The position numbers and the translations under genes are program-made. Shown here piece by piece: positions 50,198 through 60,554 of a stretch of 64,000 bases of DNA; the stretch's first letter is position 1, and each line of letters starts with the position of its first letter. The notes below the pieces were generated by a model that ran no database searches, was not told the DNA's origin, and worked only from the letters and a program-made list of their open reading frames with translations. This DNA is from Macrostomum hystrix. Its lineage: Eukaryota > Animalia > Platyhelminthes. The DNA is taken from the NCBI GenBank assembly GCA_950097015.1, contig CATNEN010000001.1:7626001-7690000 (forward strand). The letters are read 5' to 3'.

Positions 50198-51521
50198 ATG
50201 GACCCGCAGAAGCTGAAGGACGTCGCGGTGGCGAAGATCGATGCGTCCAGCTCACTGCTGAGCAGCGTGAGCTCTCGCCTGTGGAGCAACCCGGAGCTGG
50301 CCCTGGAGGAGCGAATGGCGCACCAGATGCTGACGGAGGTGCTGGAGCAGGCGGGCTTCTGCGTGACTCGCCACTTTGTGCTGGAGACCGGATTCAAGGC
50401 CACATTCGGGTCGTCTCCGACTGCTCGGCCCCACGTGGCTGTGATGTGCGAGTTCGACGCCCTGCCTTCGATCGGACACGCGTGCGGCCACAACCTGATC
50501 GCGGAGGTGGCGGTGGGCGCCGGACTGGGCATCAAGGCCGCCATCGAGGCCGGAGCGGTCGGGAGAGTGACCGTGCTCGGCACACCGGCTGAGGAGTGCT
50601 ACGGAGGCAAGATCGACTTCATAGACTCCGGCTTCTTCCAGGATGTCGATGTGGCACTGATGGCTCACCCATACAAGCTGACTGCCGTGCACGTTCCGCA
50701 CCTGAGCGTGGCTTTCATCCGTGCCACCTTCACCGGCAAGGCGTCGCACGCCGCCGGCTCGCCCTGGGAGGGCGTGAATGCTCTGGACGCTGCGGTGACG
50801 GCCTACCAGAGCGTGTCGAACCTGCGACAGCAGATGCGACCCGAGTGGCGGGTCCACGGAATCTTTAAGGAGGGCGGCCAGCGACCCAACATCATTCCTG
50901 AGCGGGCTGTGCTGGGTGAGTGAGCTCGGTGAACTAAGAGAATAGTCCTGAGCTCGGAGAATGTATTGTATAGGAAGGATATCAGAGATGAAAGGATATT
51001 TTATAGAAGTACGGGCGTACAGTACTTTTCTGATCCAATCTCTAGACTACTACATCCGCTGTCCGAACGATCGCGAACTGGCCACGCTGCGCGCACGCGT
51101 GGAAGCCTGCTTCCGCGCTGGCGCCCTCTCCGCCGGCTGTGAGTGCAGCATCGAGGACACTGGCAGGGCCTACAGCAGTGTCATCTGCAATGCGCCACTA
51201 GGTGCGGCCTACAGCACCAATTTATCGGCTTTGGGAGTGGATCACGTGAGCATCACCGAACTACCATCTGGCTCCACCGACATGGGCAACGTGAGCTACA
51301 CGGTGCCATCCATTCACCCAATGTTCTACATGGGCGGCGAGGCTCCAAATCATAGCGTTGAATTTACAAAACTAGTCGGTGCTACCGAGGCTCAGCCGTA
51401 CACGCTGAATCAGGCCAAGGCTTTGGCAATGACTGGGATTGACATCCTACTGAGCCATGAGCTGCTTGACAAATGCGCGGCTCAATTTCACGAGGATGTG
51501 GCTCGATTTTCGGCTACTTAA
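50198..51521 (+). CDS. PM20D2: PM20D2-like copy 7 (lacks intron 1); exons 50198-50915, 51046-51521
   Basis: Continuous ORF through KIDFIDSGFF; most divergent last exon; motifs intact. Confidence 0.92.
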
Positions 51522-52020
51522 GGAGCTAGACAAGATTCATTTACATCGCGTACTTTTTTTACTTGACTAAACGCTGCCTGGCCACAGATAGAACCCGATA
51601 ATTGCTACTGTTTCTAGGGTATTTTTTATATGATTTGATAATACAATAATATATAAAGTAAAGTACTTTATCATTTTAATGTCGAAGTATAAGCTAAGCT
51701 CGTGGAAAAACGTAGATTTGAAAAAATAATACAAGGACGTACATTTGCATTATTACGAACGCGTAGATTGTAATTTATTATATTTTTTTCTTTTTTTCTG
51801 AGCTTCTGCTGGCCTTGTAGTCCGAGCTTTAAACTTTATAGTCTCTAACTTAGGTCGTCACTGAATGTAATCTAGACGGAGCTGCTGCACCTTCATACTA
51901 TTATCGCCTCGTCTTTCAACCAAGTCATCAAGTCGACGTCGTCGGCACCTTTCAGCAGGTGCCACTGTAAATATGTGATTTAGTATATGTGACTAGTTAT
52001 ACTAGCCCCACTTAAAATCA

Positions 52021-52310
52021 TAATAATTGATTACCTGCCCTAATTTCGCCAGATGTGCAGCCGACAGCACAGCCGCAGCGGCGCATCTGAAGGCTGCGTA
52101 CAGCTGTTCAGTCCATGAACTTGGGGGGACGCCACACCCACCCTCAATAACTCCAGCTAATGCTGGTACCTATTTAACAGCTGGGTGAACTGAAGCAATG
52201 CAGAGTTAAGTGTTTTGCTAAAGGACACAATTTTTTTCATGGGAGTCGGGAAACGAACCACCGACCACAAGTCGTGAGTCCGAAGCTCTTACCACAAAGC
52301 TACCAGCTCC
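52021..52310 (-). mobile_element. CORE-type tRNA-SINE (family 1)
   Basis: Reverse complement of 63708-64000. Confidence 0.9.
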
Positions 52311-53339
52311 CATGTTTTAGCATCATACTCTCTCCATTAATAAAAAAATCACTGGAAAAGAGTTTAAATTTATTAGGCTCACAGATACCACTGTCTTTAA
52401 GTAAACAAGACTATCAAAATACACGCAACAGAATTATTTGACTTTGTTTCAAACAGGCATTCAATTAAGTAAGTGCAGCTTCAGTTGCAGGTGTCTGAGC
52501 TCGGTTTTAATTTATCATTAGCAATATTATATATATTTGCCAAGCTTGACGAAGTTTTCAATAGATTAAAATAATTATTTTTATTGTTGTAGCTCTCAAA
52601 CCAATTGAGACAAGTTCAAACCGAAAAGCACATACTGATTAATAAAAATAAGGATCGAAGAGAATAATAGTCAGAGTAGACGGAGAGCAGGCTAAATTGT
52701 CATTGTCCTCTAAAAAACACTAAATCCTAAGAAAAAAAGTAATTTTCGCTGAACACAATTTATATTTTCAAATCGATCATTAGTCAGCGAAAATTATTGC
52801 ACAATATGAAATGTCCGCATTTAGTTCAAATAGATGACACAGATGCTTATAGGAGACACAGCTAGAACAGACATGACAGATAGGGGAAAACTTACAAAGG
52901 AGTTGGGGGCAAGACTTATTCATCAATTTAGCCACACAATGTACAAAATGTTAAGCTGTAGCTGGTAAATGACACAAGTAATTGTTTTAATACTTTTTGT
53001 ACTGGTGGTCAGGGACTACACAAGTTCTCACTGACACTGACATACAATTTCATTGACTGACCAGGTGCTTCAGCGAATTGTCGAGCAGTCAAACGGTACA
53101 TGACACAAATAAGAAATAGATTAATTATAGCTCGTATATATTAGAGATGCGATAAAATATCAACAGAATTCTTTCGATGAAAGTCCTAACTTAAAGAAGC
53201 TGTGAAAAATGAAAAAATAAATATTATTTTCATTCTCGCAGATAGCTGCTTTAACTGAGTAAATTACTGATCTTTATTGCGTCACCGATAAAATAAGGGA
53301 TCAATTCAGGATTCATCAATTCATCAATTAACTGACAGA

Positions 53340-53712
53340 AACTAAGGGATTAACAAACTGAGAGTAAGGGATTAACTGACTGAGAGTACGGGATTAACTG
53401 ACTGAGAGTAAGGGATTAACTAACTGAGAGTAAGGGCATTGAATGACTGAGAGTAAGGGATTAACTGACTGAGAGTAAGGGATTAACTGACTGGGAGTAA
53501 GGGATTAACTGACTGAGAGTAAGGGATTAACTGACTGAGAGTAAGGGATTAACTGACTGAGAGTAAGGGATTAACTGACTGAGAGAAAGGGATTAACTAA
53601 CTGAGAGTAAGGGATTAACTAACTGGGATTAAGGGGATTAACTGTATAGAATTAAGGGGATTAAATGACTGAGAGTAAGGGATTAACTGACTGAGAGTAG
53701 GGATTAACTGAC
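53340..53712. repeat. Minisatellite, ~22-bp unit GGGATTAACTGACTGAGAGTAA
   Basis: About 17 tandem copies. Confidence 0.95.
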
Positions 53713-54289
53713 TGGCCGAAAGACTTAACCCGTTAGTTAAATATGATGAAACAAAAATAAAAAAGCTTAGAAAGTAGAATTTCAAGATTCCAAAATAATA
53801 GAAGCATAATCATTGCAAAATAGGGCAGCAAATAGAGCGATTGTTACAGTCGATCTTTTTAGAAACAAAGAGACAATCATGTGTGGCAAACACATGCGTA
53901 GAAAGTACGCAAGCTGAATTTTAAGAAAAAAAGTCCAGTAGCTACTTTAAGTAGCAAGTATTCTAAAATGGTATGCTTACATTGTTTTTTTCACAATTTT
54001 CCTCCAAATTCAACTTGAAACTTTAGAAAAAAGATAATAATTAGAGAAGCAAGGATAAGAGTTGGCTACACAAGACTAAGAGTGAACTAGACTAATGCAA
54101 ACGAAACAACAATATTGCGCGTGTAGGCACGCGTTCGAAGCGGGATGATAAAGCCCGATTTATAACTTACTGATTCGTCAATTAAAGGTCGTGTTTTTTT
54201 GGTAAAGTACCAGCTATCAGCAATGACGTCACGATAATTATTTTAACAACAAAACAAACAAACCTTCAAAGATGCCCGTAGCTGTGAAG

Positions 54290-57200
54290 TCATTCCGCTG
54301 TTTGCTGTTTGGCTGGGGAGTTATTAGCGGCGGCGGCAGCAGCAGCCGAGACAGTGACGGACACTGGCGCAGGAGCTGCGGGCAACACGCCGTGCGGTAT
54401 CTGCAGTATGGTGCTTTTCTTCAGCAGGCTAACAGGAAACTGTGCAGCCTGTCGCTGCAGATCCGTAGTCCGCTGAGCCGCCGCCAGGACTAGCACCGGC
54501 GGCGCCACGGAAGCTGCTGTCGAACTGCCAGTAGATCCAGAAGAAGCGGCGGCGGCGGCGGCGGCGGCAACAGCAGCAGCCTGAGCCGACACGACATGGT
54601 GGGTTGGTACAGCTCTCAGAATGGAAAACTTTCCAGATGGATGCGGTATACCCAACGGGGCTGCCGATACCGGAGTTGATAAGCCGGGAGAAGCGGCTAT
54701 TGTTGCTAGGCCGGCCGATTGAGTCGGCTGAATGACCGAAGCGGCTGCAACTGGGGTCTGGGCGGATTCCGACTGACCGGCAGTGCCCGGCGGCTGACCT
54801 CTTGTGGCCCATTTCGGCATGGCCACACTGTAGGGAAATAAGATCCTTTTGCTGCTGGGACTGACGGCTGCAGTGGGTGACAGACCGCCGACAGCGGCAG
54901 TGGCGGAGACGACAGCTCCTGGAGTTGTTGGAGCGGCGGCGGGAGCAACGGCAGCAGCGCCGACGGGTGCAGTGACAACTGCAGCGGTGCCCTCGACGGC
55001 GCTAACGCGACCGAGATGATCGATCAGTTTACCACGCGTCAATTCTAGTTCATCTTGACGCTTCTGTTCCATCTTCATCTTGACATTCATGTACTCTTTG
55101 AAGCTGACTTTGAATGGCAAATTAGCGGAGCCGGCAGCGGATGTCACAACGATGGACGACGAGTCGACGGGTGCCGTCGGCGGGGCGGCAGCGGCAGTGC
55201 TTGTGGTTGGATTGTCGAATATACTAGAGACCATCTTGTCGCTTGAAGTACGCAGAATTGGAGTGAAAGCTTTGCTCTGACTGACAGTGTAGGTCACTGA
55301 CTGAGTTAATAGAGGGCCTGCTTGGGTAAGCTGCTGCTGCTGCTGCTGTTGCTGCAGTTGTTGCTGCTGAAGCTGGATAGTCTTGAAACTATTCTTGATG
55401 ATTGCTTTTGTCTTAGGAAACTGTTGAACCATGCGTGCAACCACGGGCTGCTGAGCCGACATTGGCAAAGGCGGTGGGGGCGGCGGCGGCGGCGGTAGAG
55501 ACTGAGCTACTGGGCTTTCGGCCGAAGCCGCGTTGCCCGTTGATGTCGGAGCCGTTGTCGAAGTGACGCCGCTAGCGGCGGCAGCTGCGGCAGCGGCTAT
55601 AGCGGCGGCTTCAGCTCTGGCTTGTCGAAAGCCTGGACGCGATTCCAAGACACTATTAATAACTGACTCCAGATTTGGATGATTGCCTTCAATGAACAGG
55701 GTGTCACCTTCGGGCAGAACAATCATCGACTTTCGCTTTGGACCCTGACGCGGCTGTTCCTGCTCGCCAGGAACGCTGACGTGCACATTAAACACGCGAT
55801 TTGGCGTAGGCAGTCGGATAGTTGTCGACGACGGCTGCGGCTGCAGAGTCTGCTGAACAGATGGCGACTGCTGCGAAGGCGGAGGAGGTGGCGGTGGCGG
55901 CGGTGGCATAGGCGATCTAATAAGCGAGTTGCCAACGGACATTGGGGCCAGGCGACTCAATCCGGTGGTCGTCAGTGGGAGCCGTCCATGCGGATGCGGA
56001 CTCAGCGTGGTGCTCGCGCCAGTGGCACCTGCGTTAGGATGTCGCAGGACAATACCTAGTGTGGCTGGATACGCCGGACGAATCTGACTATGCCGCCCTT
56101 GCAGCACGGGTCCAATTGTGGAGACACTTGTGCCGCCGCTGAGTGGTACACCGCTTCCCCGAAGATGAACCTTCTGAGTTGGAAACGGCGACGCAGCGCT
56201 AACCGGCCTCAGATGCTGATGACGCTGCTGCTGATGCTGGTGACGCTGCATTTTTAACAGTTCGAAGGCTGTTGGCTGACGCGGCTGCTGCTGTTGCTGA
56301 GGCTGCTGCTGTACAGGCGGCTGCGGCGCCTCCTGTTGCAATGAGGCCACTGCAGCATCGGCTTCTGTCTCGTTGGTGGCGTTGCTGACGCCACCACCGG
56401 AGGAGGAGGAGGCGGCGGTGGCTGCTACGGCAGCGGCGGCATCGGCGGCCGCTTTCTCAATCCTGGCGTAACTAACAGCAGCTTTCACCTCTTCGGGTGT
56501 GAAATGGCCGACACCGCCGGATGTCAGGCCGTTGTTGGATAAGCCACTTCCGCCGCCGCTTAGTCCAGCGCCGGGATTCAACACAGTGGCCGAAGCTATC
56601 GCGGCCTCATCTTCTGGATCATTTTCAGCATCTGACGCATTTGAACTAGAGCTCTCCCAGTTGTCGGCGCTGTCTAACATTCGTCTAATACTGCGTATAA
56701 CATTAGATTTGCGTTGAACTAGTACGGCACAGAACACCAGGCCTGTACTGTTCACTAGCTTGTGCTTGACTGCGCGCAATTTAAACGAAGAATCGTCCAG
56801 TCGCTCCTGGAGAGTCTCCAAATCGCCTAGGCTGAGGTCGACAACGTTAACTATGAATTTATCGAACGGCATTGATCGTTGAATCTCAACGTCGCAGCTA
56901 AGATCGTTAGTTAGAGCCTGCAGCTCCCTAGTCAGACTGTGGGATAACGGCAGGGCGGCTGGCAAAGAGGAGCCGCTAGCGGAAGATGCAAAGATCTGCT
57001 TTCGCTCCGAGCGGATACCGCTGGGACCAGCGATGGAGGCGGAGGTTGAGCCAGGGATCTTTGGCACAGTCGATGATGAGTCCAATTCAATCGACTCAGT
57101 TTTAATCGCCTCGTCAGTGCTCTTAGCTGTTGCATCGTTGTTTGGGTTATCGCCTGCCTGTTCGTTGGCATTTCCGACCCTGGCACCCAAACTAGGCGCC

Positions 57201-60200
57201 GGCATGGAAGGAGACATCTGCTGCTGCTGGTAAGAAAATTGCTTCTGTTGACGTTTAGATTTACTGCCTGCACCAGTGGAAGAAGAAGAATTGGTCTGCT
57301 GCTGCTGCTGCAGAGGCAACTGGCGCTTCTTGTCGCTGTCCATGATGCTGACCTTTGGCTTGCCAGATAGTAAGCCAAGCTCATCAGTTGATTGACGCTT
57401 GCTACTGATCTGCTGCTGCTGCTGCTGGATTTGCTGCTGCTTTCGCTCCTCACTGAACATCTTCCACTGCAGCAGTTTGGAGCGCAGATCTACCCTGCGT
57501 TTGGATCGTCGCACACCGCCAGAGGCGGCAGCGGATGCTACAGCGGCGGTTAAAGAGGCCGACGATGAAGCTGAATCTGCGTCGTTTTCGATGCCGCCAG
57601 CAAGACCGGCTTCAATGCGACGCTGACGACGTTTACCAAAACGCATCGCAGCGGTGGGTGACGGACGCTTTTGATCAGTATTGTCAACAGTCTGAGGTCG
57701 AGTCTGCTGCTTTTTAAGACGCTGCTTATGCTGCTGTTGCTTCAATAGCTGCTGATCCTGCAGCAGCTGCTGTTCTTGTCTCTTAGAAGCTGCCTCATCG
57801 GTTGTAGCTGCAAGGCCGGCAACTTCGAAGCCCTGAAAGTGAAATTTGTAAGTCTTTATTGCAGAATAGTCTCATTGTTGACCAGTAGAGTTGATCACAA
57901 AAGTTTAACCGACTCACCTGAGAGCCGCTAGACGCTGTGGACTTTGCCGCCTCGGCTCCGCAAGACTCGGCCTGATCCACCGAGCTGCTAACAGCGCCTT
58001 CGGATTCGTTGCCATCACCGCCAGCCAGAAGCAATTCGTCAATAAATTCTTCTTCGTCCTCTTCAGCCGATAGGATGCCGCCGCAGCCGAGAGAATCGCT
58101 GGCAACGTCGATCTCTTTTACAAACTTGGCTGAGCCCGGGTGCAGGCTGAATGTTGGCTGGCTGGACCAGCGCAGATTCGGCTGCCGGCACAGCGGCCAC
58201 AGACGATGACGCCGCGGCTCAAATGGCACAGCCTGTTGCTGGCGTTGATATCGACGACGCCGACTATTCAAATCTGCGACGGCGCGACGCTGCTTCAAGC
58301 TGTTGCTATTAGCAACGGTTGCTAGGCGACGCCGACGCTGCTGCTCCAAGGTGATAGCGGCCGATGTGTGGGCCAGAGCTTGCGCAGCCTGTTTCTGCTT
58401 GCGCACCTCCTCCTTAGTCACATATTTGCCATTGTGCAGCACTAGAATATTCGGATCCGGCTGGCGTTTGTGCACGTGACGACACAGTCGCATGGGTTGA
58501 CGCGAAGATGTGGCCCGATGGAGCTGCAGCCGCAGAGCTTGGCCCTGTTTCAGGTGGAGTTTAGGGTAAACCTTAGTGCACATAGGAAACGTATTTGTAT
58601 TTTTTCCAACACTCGAAGTTTCCCAAAAAACATTTAGTGACTTAAGTTTTAGGGAGTCTCTCTTTCAGTTTCAGATCCCAAACTCTTCTTCCCCACCGTT
58701 CAGTTTCAGATCCCAAACTCTTCTTTCCCACTGTTCAGTTTCAGATCCCAAACTCTTCCCTACTGTTCAGTTTCAGATCCCAAACTCTTCCCTACTGTTC
58801 AGTTTCAGATCCCAAACTCTTCTTCCCCACTGTTCAGTTTCAGATCCCAAACTCTTCTTCCCCACTGTTCAGTTTCAGATCCCAAACTCTTCCCCACTGT
58901 TCAGTTTCAGATCCCAAACTCTTCTTCCCCACTGTTCAGTTTCAGATCCCAAACTCTTCCCTACTGTTCAGTTTCAGATCCCAAACTCTTCTTCCCCACT
59001 GTTCAGTTTCAGATCCCAAACTCTTCCCTACTGTTCAGTTTCAGATCCCAAACTCTTCTTCCCCACTGTTCAGTTTCAGATCCCAAACTCTTCTTCCCCA
59101 CTGTTCAGTTTCAGATCCCAAACTCTTCCCCACTGTTCAGTTTCAGATCCCAAACTCTTCCCTACTGTTCAGTTTCAGATCCCACACTCTTCCCCATACT
59201 TCAGTTTCAGATCCCAAACTCTTCTTCCCCACCGTTCAGTTTCAGATCCCAAACTCTTCTTCCCCACTGTTCAGTTTCAGATCCCACACTCTTCCCCATA
59301 CTTCAGTTTCAGATCCCAAACTCTTCCCTACTGTTCAGTTTCAGATCCCAAACTCTTCTTCCCCACTGTTCAGTTTCAGATCCCAAACTCTTCTTCCCCA
59401 CTGTTCAGTTTCAGATCCCAAACTCTTCCCCACTGTTCAGTTTCAGATCCCAAACTCTTCCCTACTGTTCAGTTTCAGATCCCACACTCTTCCCCATACT
59501 TCAGTTTCAGATCCCAAACTCTTCTTCCCCACCGTTCAGTTTCAGATCCCAAACTCTTCTTCCCCACTGTTCAGTTTCAGATCCCACACTCTTCCCCATA
59601 CTTCAGTTTCAGATCCCACACTCTTCCCAATTCTTCAGTTTCAAATTCAAAGTCGCTCACCTGAATAGCTTCTCTAATTGCCTGTCCGGCCTCCATCGGA
59701 ACAAGGCCAAGGCAAGCCAAACTGGCCACTTTAGCCTCGGCCTCGGCGTTGACCTCGTGCGGATCGATCAGCGAACAGGCACGATAGCCGGCCGGGCAAA
59801 CATCCCGAAGTGAAGACACGAGACTGTTGAAAAAAGGGGAATAGAAAATTAAATCTCGAAATTGATGAAGCTAATGAAAGATTATGTGATTTTTTGGCTA
59901 AGCTTACCGTTTCAGCTGTTTGTTACACTCTAAAGTATCGGTGGATCGTCTGCCTGGCAACGCTACCGCGTCCCTAGCAACCTCAGCGGCGGCCAACAAT
60001 TCGTCGGCATTGTTGGAGCTCAGACGACGAAATCTGGCAGTCGAGCTGGGATTGGCGCCCAGACTTCGGCGCTGGGCGGCCATTGGCAGCAATGGTGCCT
60101 TGTGCTGCAACTGATCCTGTATCTTCTGCTTCTGCTGTAGCTGTTGCTGCAGTTGAAGCGCTTTTGTTGGCGGTCGACCAGCCGAACGACGCGGTTGTGC

Positions 60201-60554
60201 AGTCGACGAAGCGGCTGCCTTTACCGCATTAGCAGGACGGCCGCGCTTTTTAGACGAACTACTACTAGCAGTAGTATTAGCAGTAGGGACAGTGGCAGTT
60301 TCTGAATCAGCAGCCACGGAAGTTCGAGGTCGTTTAGCAGGCCGACCAACTGCAGCAAAGACGGCGGCAGCGAGGCCAGTCAGAGGACCACCGTGCAGGC
60401 GCTTTTGAGCCAGCCGATCAGATTTCTTTACAGGCGATTGTGGCACAGCATTGGTAGTGGCAGCAGCAGCAGCAGCAGTGGAGGCTGACACAGCGTTGTC
60501 AGTTTCAGATGGTGCCCCAGAGGAAGATTTGTCCAACTGAATTTTTGTTTTCAT
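54290..60554 (-). CDS. Large (~1670 aa) Q/A/P/S-rich uncharacterised protein with N-terminal AT-hook-like motifs; exons 60554-59908, 59823-59661, 58571-57918, 57832-54290
   Basis: Four phase-consistent GT-AG exons, the last a 3.5-kb ORF; KKRGRPA, VGRPAKR and RRSAGRPP motifs. Confidence 0.8.
58665..59645. repeat. Minisatellite, 34-37-bp unit TTCAGTTTCAGATCCCAAACTCTTC(TTC)CCCACTG
   Basis: About 27 copies filling intron 2; a 300-bp block is repeated exactly (59041-59340 = 59341-59600 region). Confidence 0.97.

Noticed and set aside
36350-50857. Recurrent antisense and alternate-frame ORFs over PM20D2 exon 1
   Set aside because: Shadow ORFs of GC-rich codons, repeated only because the block is near-identical between copies
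36405-51521. Dscam-like single gene with mutually exclusive exons
   Set aside because: Each unit has its own ATG, full domain set and stop; cross-copy splicing is phase-compatible but nothing in the sequence requires it
36405-51521. Bacterial contamination or recent horizontal transfer of amidohydrolases
   Set aside because: Spliceosomal introns, animal PM20D2-type motifs and host SINEs/minisatellites are interspersed
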